Origin: Fibrobacterota bacterium
GTDB taxonomy: Bacteria > Fibrobacterota > Fibrobacteria > UBA11236
Direction: 5' to 3'
NCBI GenBank assembly: GCA_043753995.1
Contig: JAYUVP010000301.1
Coordinates: 1 to 27,634 of the forward strand
Length of the DNA stretch: 27,634 nt
Translations under genes and position numbers: made by a program
The notes under the pieces: model-generated
The model's database searches: none
What the model saw: only the letters and a program-made list of their open reading frames with translations
Told to the model about the DNA's origin: nothing
In this document: in pieces, positions 18,105 to 26,639 of the stretch
Layout: each line of letters starts with the position of its first letter
How positions within the stretch are numbered: the stretch's first letter is position 1

Positions 18105-18857
18105 TCAACGACCCAGCTTTTTGATCATGCCGAATAAAAATTCGGCTTCGTCCTGACTTAAAACCATGCGATTCCACAAGGCACGCAATTGTGCGATTTG
18201 TGCTTCGGCCCGCGCGGGAACCAAAGCCTCCTTATGCTGTAAGGCTTGGGACAAAATTTCCCAGCCCAACTCCATCAAAGCCCGATTGGCTGTTTTTGAA
18301 GGCTCGATTACGCCTTCTGCCTTCCCATCACGTATCGCATTATCCTGGGCCAGCGCCTCGCTGAAGCTATGCACGACAATCGCTACGGCATGCGAAAGAT
18401 TGAGGCTCATGGTGGGATGGGGAGTGGCAATGCGCACCCAATCGGTGACCGGTTCTCCATCGTCAGACGAAAGACCTTGGCTTTCTGGCCCAAAAACCAG
18501 AGCCACCTGGCGGTCAGAAGCTTTTTGGCGATTATCATCCGAGTTCTTCCCCATCACCTGGGGGTAAAGCGAGGCAATCATTTCCCCCAAATCGTGAATC
18601 ACCGCATCGCGATGCGGCCTACGGCTAAAGCCAAGCACGCGATGGCAATCCGCGACGGCCGAAGGCAAATCCGCGAAAGCTTGGGCTTTTTCTAAAACGG
18701 CATCGCCACCACTCACCGTGCGCCAAGCCGCGCGGGAAGGCGCGGGCAAGGCACCCACCAAACGCAAATCCGACCATCCGAAGCAAGCCAAGGTGCGAGC
18801 GACGAAGCCGATATTTTCGGGAATTTCAGGTCGAACTAAAACGACAATTGGCGTCAT
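18105..18857 (-). CDS. SPOUT RNA methyltransferase, TrmJ/LasT type
   Basis: Motifs VLVRPEIPENIGFVAR, ALVFGPESQGLS and SLNLSHAVAIV. ATGA overlap with the ispG stop. Confidence 0.88.
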   Translation of the reverse strand: MTPIVVLVRPEIPENIGFVARTLACFGWSDLRLVGALPAPSRAAWRTVSGGDAVLEKAQAFADLPSAVADCHRVLGFSRRPHRDAVIHDLGEMIASLYPQVMGKNSDDNRQKASDRQVALVFGPESQGLSSDDGEPVTDWVRIATPHPTMSLNLSHAVAIVVHSFSEALAQDNAIRDGKAEGVIEPSKTANRALMELGWEILSQALQHKEALVPARAEAQIAQLRALWNRMVLSQDEAEFLFGMIKKLGR

Positions 18858-20761
18858 GCCATTTCAGTCGCGACGGCCGCTTCCACCCAGCGACCATGCT
18901 GCTTGATCAATTCGACAAGGGCTTGGGGCGCCTGCTCTTCGGGACTGTTTTTTTGCACGCAATTGCGACCTACATACAAATTGACCTTGCCCGGAGCTCC
19001 CCCGACATAGCCGAAATCGGCGTCGGCCATTTCGCCCGGTCCATTCACAATGCAACCCATGATGGCGATGGAAATGTTCTTGAGATGGGCCGTATGCGAA
19101 CGGATTTTCTGAGTCGTGGTCTGCAAATCGAAAAGTGTTCGTCCGCAGCTTGGGCAGGAAACATATTCGGGTTTGCTTTTACGCACGCCCGCCGCCTGCA
19201 AGATATCATAGGCCAAATTCATCGCCGAGCGTGTGCCGGCTGGCGAGTCCAGCCAAATCAAATCACCCAAGCCGTCCACGAGCAAGGAACCCAGACGCGC
19301 TGCCACTGCCATATTGCCCTGGGGCTGATGATCGGTTTTGCCACGCAGAACCAACAAGTCATTGCGTTCATGGGTTTTGAGCCAAGCGGCGAGGTAACGC
19401 ACACGTGACACCACTCCATCCTCATAAAAGCAAGACCATAGAGTCGGTGCGTTCCGCTCTTGCAACAGGGAGGCAAAGCTTTCCAAATGCGCGCTTTCTT
19501 CCACCTGGATTTCCAGGGCCTTCATCGCCAATTCTTTCCAAGCGCCAGCACCGGCCTTCAACACTTCGCCGCTTTTCACGACTTGCCAATCCGCCGGATG
19601 GATCGACTTGCCGCTGCGGGCCAAAGCCACGCCGGCAAGGGCGGGGGCCTCCCCTTCCGCATTTAGCCATTCGACCATGCGCTCGCCCTTGGGCAAGGTT
19701 TCTGCGCCAGGATGCTTGACTCCCACGGCAATGGCCTCGCGACCTCCGACTTGAAGTGGGCCCAAGGCCATGGGAGCCGTTTCGCGACGAGCATAGGCAA
19801 AGAAATCGAGGCCTTCTTCAACTTGCGGCAGGCTTTTCTGAGCCAGGGGCGGACAGATGCGAATCAGTTGTTGCGCCACGGGAATTTCATGCACCGGATC
19901 TTCGGTCAGAGAAACGCGAACCGTGTCACCTAAACCATCGAGAAGCAAGGAACCAATGCCCACCGCCGATTTCAGGCGGCCATCTTCCCCGTCACCCGCT
20001 TCGGTAACTCCGATATGAAATGGATAGGGCTTATGCCCTTGCGCAAGACGAGCGGCTAAAAGGCGATAGGCCTGCACCGCGACCCGAGGGCTGCTGGCCT
20101 TCATCGAAAAAATGATTTGATCGAAATTCGAGTCTTCGCAAACACGCAAATATTCCAAGGCCGACTCCACCATACCTTCCACGGTGTCGCCGAATTTCCA
20201 CATCATGCGGTCGCTGAGCGAACCATGATTTGTACCGATGCGTAGCGCCACGCCTCTTTCCTTGGCTTCACGGACAAAAGGGGAAAACACGTCATAAACT
20301 TTTTGAGCCCCGGCGGCAAAGCTGGCATCGTCATAAGGGCGAGGCGTCGGTAGTTTGACATCGACGAAATTGCCGGGATTGATGCGGACTTTTTCCACCC
20401 ACTTTAAAGCTTCAATGGCCGCTCGGGGTTGAAAGTGAATGTCCGCCGAAATCGGCACATCGCATCCCGCCGCGCGCACCTTGGCCACAATATCGCGCAG
20501 GCATTCGGCATCCTTTTGCGTCGGCGCCGTAATGCGCACAAGTTCGCAACCGGCCTTGGCCATTTCCAAGGTTTGAAAAACCGTGGCCTCAATGTCCTGG
20601 GTATTGGTTGTCGTCATCGACTGCACTAGAATGGGAGCATCACCGCCTATCACCGCTTTGCCGACCCTCACGGCCAAAGTATGGCGTCTTTGAGGGGAGA
20701 GACGATGCGGCATATAGCTGGAAACTGGCGAGGCGAGCGAACCGGCGGCAGGTTGAATCAT
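18854..20761 (-). CDS. ispG: (E)-4-hydroxy-3-methylbut-2-enyl-diphosphate synthase, long (insert-containing) form
   Basis: Motifs VQSMTTT, ADIHF, RINPGN, RIGTNHGSLS, HIGVTEAG and GDTVRVSLT. Fe-S ligands CPSCGRT...MGCIVNGPGE. A duplicated LLVDGLGD segment follows an insert. ATG 20761 chosen; 20806 falls inside the TetR operator and 20713 is an alternative. Confidence 0.96.
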   Translation of the reverse strand: MIQPAAGSLASPVSSYMPHRLSPQRRHTLAVRVGKAVIGGDAPILVQSMTTTNTQDIEATVFQTLEMAKAGCELVRITAPTQKDAECLRDIVAKVRAAGCDVPISADIHFQPRAAIEALKWVEKVRINPGNFVDVKLPTPRPYDDASFAAGAQKVYDVFSPFVREAKERGVALRIGTNHGSLSDRMMWKFGDTVEGMVESALEYLRVCEDSNFDQIIFSMKASSPRVAVQAYRLLAARLAQGHKPYPFHIGVTEAGDGEDGRLKSAVGIGSLLLDGLGDTVRVSLTEDPVHEIPVAQQLIRICPPLAQKSLPQVEEGLDFFAYARRETAPMALGPLQVGGREAIAVGVKHPGAETLPKGERMVEWLNAEGEAPALAGVALARSGKSIHPADWQVVKSGEVLKAGAGAWKELAMKALEIQVEESAHLESFASLLQERNAPTLWSCFYEDGVVSRVRYLAAWLKTHERNDLLVLRGKTDHQPQGNMAVAARLGSLLVDGLGDLIWLDSPAGTRSAMNLAYDILQAAGVRKSKPEYVSCPSCGRTLFDLQTTTQKIRSHTAHLKNISIAIMGCIVNGPGEMADADFGYVGGAPGKVNLYVGRNCVQKNSPEEQAPQALVELIKQHGRWVEAAVATEMA

Positions 20762-20776
20762 GGCATAAAAATACTC

Positions 20777-20805
20777 TTGACAAACTCGCTTCACTTCGCT
20801 AATCA
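20777..20805 (+). promoter_or_regulatory. Putative sigma70 promoter of the tetR-efflux operon
   Basis: Perfect TTGACA at 20777-20782, 17-nt spacer, and a weak -10 TAATCA at 20800-20805 that coincides with the operator half-site. Confidence 0.55.
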
Positions 20806-20826
20806 TTTGATTAAATCAGATGATTA
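20800..20826. promoter_or_regulatory. Tandem palindromic TetR operator
   Basis: TAATCA-TT-TGATTA (20800-20813) and AAATCA-GA-TGATTA (20813-20826). The whole 27-mer is a palindrome with one mismatch and overlaps the tetR ATG. Confidence 0.8.
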
Positions 20827-21533
20827 AACCTCGCAAACCCGCTAAGGCCAAATCCAGCCCTCGCCGCCACCCGCTGACCACAGGTGAAAATGCCGCGCCG
20901 AATGACCCGGTCGCGGCCCAAGCCCGCATTCTTGCTGCCGCAAGACGTGAATTCATTGAGCGCGGATTGGGAGGGGCGCGCATGCGGGCCATTGCCATCG
21001 AAGCCAAGGTCAATTCTGCCTTATTGCACTATTACTTCCGCACCAAGCAAAACCTCTACGAAGCCGCTTTACTCGATACGGTACAATCGGTTTGGGGCCG
21101 TCTCGAATTTCCGGCACCCAAGGCGACACCCGCCGATATGCCCGCTTTGCTGCGCAGCATGATGCGACTTTACCTGCAAACCGTGCTGGAACAGCCGGAT
21201 TTTCCCCGCTTCATGTTGCGGGAAATACTCGATGGAGGGCGGCATATTCCCTTGGTGCAAAAGGCGGTAGCTGCGAATTCAGGCGTCTTTTTTCAAAACT
21301 TGGTCGCCGCCTTGGAAAGCGCCGCCAATGAAGGACGCTTGCGCCGCATCCATCCCGTCGATGCCGTATTGAATTTAGCTGGGATGGCCATTGCTTCCGT
21401 GATCTTTGTCCTTGTTTCCGAAAATATGGAAAATCCCATGATTCAAAACTTTCGCAATGCCCCGGATTATCAAGAGCGGAGAGTGGAAGCCATCGTGACC
21501 ACCTTTATGGATGGCCTGAGGGTGACGACATGA
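20820..21533 (+). CDS. TetR/AcrR family transcriptional regulator
   Basis: HTH RILAAARREF...G..GARMRAIA.EAKVNSALLHYYFRTKQNLY. First gene of the efflux operon. Confidence 0.93.
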   Translation: MIKPRKPAKAKSSPRRHPLTTGENAAPNDPVAAQARILAAARREFIERGLGGARMRAIAIEAKVNSALLHYYFRTKQNLYEAALLDTVQSVWGRLEFPAPKATPADMPALLRSMMRLYLQTVLEQPDFPRFMLREILDGGRHIPLVQKAVAANSGVFFQNLVAALESAANEGRLRRIHPVDAVLNLAGMAIASVIFVLVSENMENPMIQNFRNAPDYQERRVEAIVTTFMDGLRVTT

Positions 21534-22861
21534 AATCCTTATCGGCGCGTGTTTATCAAATGGCCCCACTGCTTTTATCGATGGGCTTAGCCTATGCTGC
21601 GCCGATGACCTTGGGCGATGCGCAACAATGGCTATTTCAGAACAATCCGGATTTGCAATCAGCTAGCATAGACATCACCCGTGCGCAAATCGGCTTGAGC
21701 GAAAGCCGCAGTGCCTATTGGCCGTCCCTGGACGCTTCGGCCAATTACAGCGCGACTTCGCCCACAAGTCACTTGGATTTGGACTTGCCTTTCCCGCCCC
21801 CGCAAGGCACCCAGGTTTCCAAGGACTTGGGCGATCACGATCGCTGGGAAACCGGATTGGATCTGACCTACCCCCTATTCAATGGCTTTAGCCGGGAGAG
21901 GCAAGTCGAGGCCCGGCGACATAGCCTGGAAGCGCAAAAATCACGCTTGCAAGGTCAGCGCAACTCGGCGTCCATGAAATTGGCGGCGCTTTACTTTGCC
22001 TGGCAAGCCGCCTCCGCCAGCTTGGATTATCAAGATGCCCAATGCCGCTTCGGTGAAGCCGCTTTATCCGTGGCCGAGGAACAAAAAAAACAAGGACTGA
22101 ACAGCGACCGCGCCGCCCTAGCCGCTCGGTCTCGACTTTTGGCCAATCAAAGTGATCGTATTGCCGCTGCCAATCAAATCGACAGCTTGCAATGGGAGGC
22201 CGGGCAACTTTTAAATAGTCCAGGAGAATGGATTTGGTCCCAAGATACCGTCACGGAGGAGTTACCCGATAGCCTTAGCCAGGAGGGCTTAGCCGAAAAG
22301 ACTTCCGAAAGGCCAGAACTCATGGCCCTTTCGCGACAGGGCCAAGCCCTGCAAGCCACCGAGGCTGCCTTGAAAGGCCAAAATTGGCCTACCGTGGGAG
22401 CCATGGCTGGGTTGCGCTATGCCAATCCCGGCATGAACTTGGCAGGTACTGAACCGATGGGGTATGCCCTGGCAGGTTTGCAATTGAAATGGAATCTCCT
22501 CGATGGTGGGCGTCAGCGCAGCCAAAGCGCTGATTTAAGACAACGCGAATTGCAATTGAATTTGGAATCCGCAAAACTCAAGGCAGAATGGCGCAAAGGT
22601 TATTCCCTGGCGGCCAGGCAATATCGGCGGTGGCGCAATCAAGCCCAGTCGTCCCAAGCGGCTTTGGAATCTGCCGAACGCAGCCTTTTTGACTCGCGCA
22701 AACTCATGTCGCAAGGCATGGGCACAGCCTTGGACACCCTTGAAACTAAAGCACAAGCCGAGCGCGCGCGCATGTCGCGCAAACAATCTCTCGCGATGCA
22801 AAAGCTGGCCTATTGCCAATGGCGTTTCGCTCGCGGTGACACCCTGAATTTTTCCCGTTGA
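21530..22861 (+). CDS. TolC-family outer membrane efflux protein
   Basis: Signal peptide (AYA-A). Two OEP repeats: NNPDL..YWPSLD...LTYPLFNGF and RPEL...WPTV...LKWNLLDGG. Confidence 0.9.
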   Translation: MKSLSARVYQMAPLLLSMGLAYAAPMTLGDAQQWLFQNNPDLQSASIDITRAQIGLSESRSAYWPSLDASANYSATSPTSHLDLDLPFPPPQGTQVSKDLGDHDRWETGLDLTYPLFNGFSRERQVEARRHSLEAQKSRLQGQRNSASMKLAALYFAWQAASASLDYQDAQCRFGEAALSVAEEQKKQGLNSDRAALAARSRLLANQSDRIAAANQIDSLQWEAGQLLNSPGEWIWSQDTVTEELPDSLSQEGLAEKTSERPELMALSRQGQALQATEAALKGQNWPTVGAMAGLRYANPGMNLAGTEPMGYALAGLQLKWNLLDGGRQRSQSADLRQRELQLNLESAKLKAEWRKGYSLAARQYRRWRNQAQSSQAALESAERSLFDSRKLMSQGMGTALDTLETKAQAERARMSRKQSLAMQKLAYCQWRFARGDTLNFSR

Positions 22862-22868
22862 GGTCCTC

Positions 22869-23813
22869 ATGAAAGATTTTTTTCTGTCGGCTCGTCGAAT
22901 TCATCTAATGCACCCGTTTCTCCTGGCCTTAAGCATGTCCTCCTTGATCACGGTGGCTTGCCGCCGGGGAGATGATCCCCATTTTCTAGGCTCAGCTCAT
23001 ATTGAAATCGACCATTTTACTTTGGCGCCTTCCGTGGCTGGGCCCTTGGTCGAGGTGACCAAGCAAGAAGGCGATTCCGTGCAGGCAGGCGAGGTCCTGG
23101 CTCGGTTGGATACTATGCCTCTGCATTGGCAACGCGAACAACTTCTCGCAGGGAATGTGGAATTGCAAGCCAGCCTGCGCGCCAAATCCCGTGAAGTGGC
23201 AGCCATTCATACGGAAGCCAGCGGTGTTGAACGCGATTTGCATCGCATCGGTCCCCTGGTCAAAAGCGGCAGCGCTCCGGAACAGCAAGAAGACAAATTA
23301 CGCACCACGCTTTCCTCGGCACGCGATCGTCAACGCGCCGCGCAGGCCGGCGCGGAAGGACTAAAAGGCCGTGAGGCAGCCCTCCGAGCGCAATGGAATG
23401 CCCTGGAAGATCAAATGCGCCGTTGCGAAATCCGATCGCCCATTGCGGGCAAGGTGATCACGCGTTATCGCGGTGTGGGAGAAATGGCTTCGCCCGGGCA
23501 ACCGGTTTATGAAATCTCACGGCAAGATACAGTTCGCGCAGATTTTTATGTGCCGGAAACCATGATTGCCGAATTGAGCTTGGGGAAAATCCTTTTCATT
23601 CGCCTCGATACCCCCGATGGACGAGGCCTCTATGAAAAGGCCCATATACGCGCCATTAGCGATGAAGCCGAATTCGCTCCCAAGAATACGCAAACACGGG
23701 AAAGTCGCAATGAATTGGTTTTTCAAATACGCGCTCTGGCAAGCAATGCAAGCGGCCGAATGAAACGCGGCATGCCCGTGGAAATTTGGCAGGACACGAC
23801 GGCGCAACCGTGA
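22869..23813 (+). CDS. HlyD-family periplasmic adaptor (YbhG-like), possible lipoprotein
   Basis: Motifs EGDSVQAGEVLARLD, a coiled coil, IRSPIAG.V, ISDEAEFAPKNTQT.ESR..LVF and MKRGMP. Lipobox-like TVAC. Confidence 0.9.
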   Translation: MKDFFLSARRIHLMHPFLLALSMSSLITVACRRGDDPHFLGSAHIEIDHFTLAPSVAGPLVEVTKQEGDSVQAGEVLARLDTMPLHWQREQLLAGNVELQASLRAKSREVAAIHTEASGVERDLHRIGPLVKSGSAPEQQEDKLRTTLSSARDRQRAAQAGAEGLKGREAALRAQWNALEDQMRRCEIRSPIAGKVITRYRGVGEMASPGQPVYEISRQDTVRADFYVPETMIAELSLGKILFIRLDTPDGRGLYEKAHIRAISDEAEFAPKNTQTRESRNELVFQIRALASNASGRMKRGMPVEIWQDTTAQP

Positions 23814-24778
23814 TAGCGGTACCAACAGCCGTGCATATGCGCGGTTTGAAAAAGGATTTCGCCGGTGAAGAGGCGCTAAAGGGCATTGATTTGTATTGCC
23901 CCCAAGGCTCGCTTTTCGGATTGATCGGCGCCGATGGAGCGGGTAAAACCACCCTGATCAGCATACTCGCCACCTTGCGCGATACTGATGCTGGCGAAGT
24001 GTCGGTTTTAGGAAAAGATCCACGACGCGATTTCGCGGACTTGCGACAACGCATCGGATACATGCCCCAGCGCTTTTCCCTGTATGCGGATCTCACCGTG
24101 CATGAGAACCTGGATTTTTTCGCCACCCTTTTCGGACTTTCCAAAGCGCAACGCCAAGAGCGCATGGACAAGCTATTGCGCTTCGCCAATCTCACCGAAT
24201 TTCGCGCGCGACGGGCGGGAGCCTTATCCGGCGGCATGAAACAAAAACTTGCTTTGTCCTGCATCCTTCTGCATGAGCCGGAATTGCTTTTACTCGACGA
24301 ACCCACGGTCGGTGTTGATCCCGTGGCGCGCCGCGACTTCTGGCATTTATTGCGCGCGCTCCGCGATCAAGGCCGTACCATTATCGTTTCCACTCCTTAT
24401 ATGGACGAAGCCGAGCTTTGCTCTTCCCTGGCGCTATTGCATCAAGGCCGGCTTTTGGCCTTGGGCCATCCCCAGGACTTGATGTCCAGCTTTCCCCACC
24501 CGCTTTTCGCGGTGCATTCCACCTCGCCCCTTCGCTGGCCCTTTTCGCGGCCTTGCCCCGAGGGCATACGCAGCATTTATCCCATGGCAGGGCGCTTACA
24601 TGTCGTCGGCCAAGACCCAGCCGCAACGCCGCTGGGCATGGCCTCGCTACTCTCCGGGGCTTTGCCTGCCGATGCGAAATTCACTCCTTGCCGGGCAGGC
24701 ATCGAAGACGTTTTTCTTGGCCTGCTCACCGGGGCCATCGCTGAAAATCACTATCGCCCTTCAGGCGAGGCAGCATGA
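23810..24778 (+). CDS. ABC-2 type exporter ATP-binding protein (YbhF N-half-like)
   Basis: Motifs GADGAGKTT, IGYMPQRFSLYADLTV, LSGGMKQKL and LLDEPTVGVDP. GTG 23810 overlaps the preceding stop (GTGA). Confidence 0.92.
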   Translation: MIAVPTAVHMRGLKKDFAGEEALKGIDLYCPQGSLFGLIGADGAGKTTLISILATLRDTDAGEVSVLGKDPRRDFADLRQRIGYMPQRFSLYADLTVHENLDFFATLFGLSKAQRQERMDKLLRFANLTEFRARRAGALSGGMKQKLALSCILLHEPELLLLDEPTVGVDPVARRDFWHLLRALRDQGRTIIVSTPYMDEAELCSSLALLHQGRLLALGHPQDLMSSFPHPLFAVHSTSPLRWPFSRPCPEGIRSIYPMAGRLHVVGQDPAATPLGMASLLSGALPADAKFTPCRAGIEDVFLGLLTGAIAENHYRPSGEAA

Positions 24779-25518
24779 GTGATTTGGCCATAGAAGCCAC
24801 GGCCCTGACACGACGCTTCGGCGCCTTTACCGCCGTGGACGGCATCGACGTTTCTGTGAAGCGCGGAGAAATATTTGGCTTTCTCGGAGCCAATGGCGCG
24901 GGAAAAACCACGGCCATACGCATGTTTTGCGGGCTATTGTCGCCTTCCTCGGGCTCGGGTCGGGTGGCGGGCTGCGACATGATTCGCGAGGGCGCGCGCA
25001 TACGCGGGCGCATCGGATACATGTCGCAAAAATTCGCGCTCTATCCTGACCTTTCCATGCGGCAAAACCTGGAATTATATGGTCGGCTTTATGGCTTGAG
25101 CGGCCAAGCTCTCACCACGCGATTGAAGCAAATCGCCGAAGAGGTGGAATTGACACCCCTGCTGGCCAGGGTTACGGGCGAGTTACCCTGGGGATGGCAA
25201 CAAAGGCTGAGCCTTGCTTGCGCCTTAATACACAAGCCGGAAATCCTTTTCCTCGACGAGCCCACGGGCTCGGTCGATCCCCTGAGTCGGCGGCTTTTCT
25301 GGGATAGGCTCGCCCTCTTGGCCGAGCAGGGCACCACGGTTTTAGTCACCTCGCATTATATGGACGAAGTCGAATATTGCCATCGCCTTTCCATCATGGT
25401 TTCTGGGCGCATTGCCGACTGGGGATCGCCCAGCGAACTCAAAGCGAAACATGGTGAAGAAACCCTCCAAGGCGTTTTCCTAAAGCTCGCGCAAAACCCA
25501 GTCGAGGCCAAGCCTTGA
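24775..25518 (+). CDS. ABC-2 type exporter ATP-binding protein (YbhF C-half-like)
   Basis: Motifs GANGAGKTT, IGYMSQKF, degenerate signature LPWGWQQRL and FLDEPTGSVDP. Confidence 0.92.
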   Translation: MSDLAIEATALTRRFGAFTAVDGIDVSVKRGEIFGFLGANGAGKTTAIRMFCGLLSPSSGSGRVAGCDMIREGARIRGRIGYMSQKFALYPDLSMRQNLELYGRLYGLSGQALTTRLKQIAEEVELTPLLARVTGELPWGWQQRLSLACALIHKPEILFLDEPTGSVDPLSRRLFWDRLALLAEQGTTVLVTSHYMDEVEYCHRLSIMVSGRIADWGSPSELKAKHGEETLQGVFLKLAQNPVEAKP

Positions 25519-26639
25519 AAGCCGCAAAATCAGGCGGCATGTCCCGCATTTTCGCCGTCGCCAGCAAGGAAATGCGGCATATTCTAAGGGATCCGCAAAC
25601 ACTTTCCATCATCCTCATCATGCCGGTCATGATGATGTTCCTATACGGCTATGCCCTCAATACCGATGTTCGCAATATGCGATTTTGGGTGGAAGATGCC
25701 GACGCCAGCCCTGCCAGCCGGGATTTGATTCAGCGTCTTGATGCTGGCACCTTTTTACACGCGGCGGGAATTTCCTCCAGCTTGAGCGATCCCCGCGAAA
25801 CCTTCCGGCAAACCCGGGTGCGCGCCATATTACGAATACCCGCCGGATATGGACGTGATTTGCATCGCGCCAGCGGCGCAAAATTGCAATGGCTCATCGA
25901 TGGCAGCGATCCCAATGTGGGGACTTTGCTGCGCAATAGCGCCGACGGCCTATTGCAAAGCGCGGTCATGCATTATCTCGAAATCGATCCTCCCGCTTTG
26001 CTCGATATACGCGCCGCCGTGCGCTATAACCCGGAGCAGCGCAGCAGCCTCTTTTTTGTCCCGGGACTTATGGCCGTGATTCTGCTCATGATTTCGGCCT
26101 TGCTCACCTCTATCGCCATTACGCGGGAAAAGGAAAACGGCACCCTTTCGCAAATGCTGATTTCCCCTGTGAAACCGCGCGAAATTCTGGTAGGCAAGCT
26201 CATCCCTTATATCGTTTTAGCGGCCTTCGCTGGACTCCTCATTTTAGCCGTAGGTCGTGTCGTATTTTCCGTGACGGTACGCGGAAGTTATTTCACCTTG
26301 GCCGTCGGGAGTTTTGCCTATATCCTCGCCGGCCTCAGCATGGGATTGCTCATCAGCACCTTGGCCAAGCGTCAACATCATGCCATGATACTCGCCCTCT
26401 CCACCACCCTCATGCCCACCGTCATTCTTTCCGGATTCATTTTCCCAGTAGCCAGCATGCCTTTTCCTCTTCGGGTTCTCTCCCATCTTTTGCCGGGCAC
26501 CTGGTATTTGCAATGGGTGCGCGGCGTTATTTTGAAGGGCGTTGGCTTCGAAGTTGTTTGGCCAAGTCTTGTCGTTTTATTAGGCGAAGCCACCTTGCTC
26601 ACCGGCATAGCCCTGGCGAAATTCAAGGTGAAGCTGTGA
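25515..26639 (+). CDS. ABC-2 type permease (YbhS-like)
   Basis: Motifs KEMRHILRD, IDGSDPN, YNP....FFVPGL, REKENGT, GKLIPY and LSGFIFP...MP. Start is TTG 25515 or ATG 25539. Confidence 0.92.
   Translation: MKAAKSGGMSRIFAVASKEMRHILRDPQTLSIILIMPVMMMFLYGYALNTDVRNMRFWVEDADASPASRDLIQRLDAGTFLHAAGISSSLSDPRETFRQTRVRAILRIPAGYGRDLHRASGAKLQWLIDGSDPNVGTLLRNSADGLLQSAVMHYLEIDPPALLDIRAAVRYNPEQRSSLFFVPGLMAVILLMISALLTSIAITREKENGTLSQMLISPVKPREILVGKLIPYIVLAAFAGLLILAVGRVVFSVTVRGSYFTLAVGSFAYILAGLSMGLLISTLAKRQHHAMILALSTTLMPTVILSGFIFPVASMPFPLRVLSHLLPGTWYLQWVRGVILKGVGFEVVWPSLVVLLGEATLLTGIALAKFKVKL

Noticed and set aside
20762..20806. ispG N-terminal extension from ATG 20806
   Set aside because: It runs through the divergent promoter and TetR operator. 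ATG 20761 fits better.
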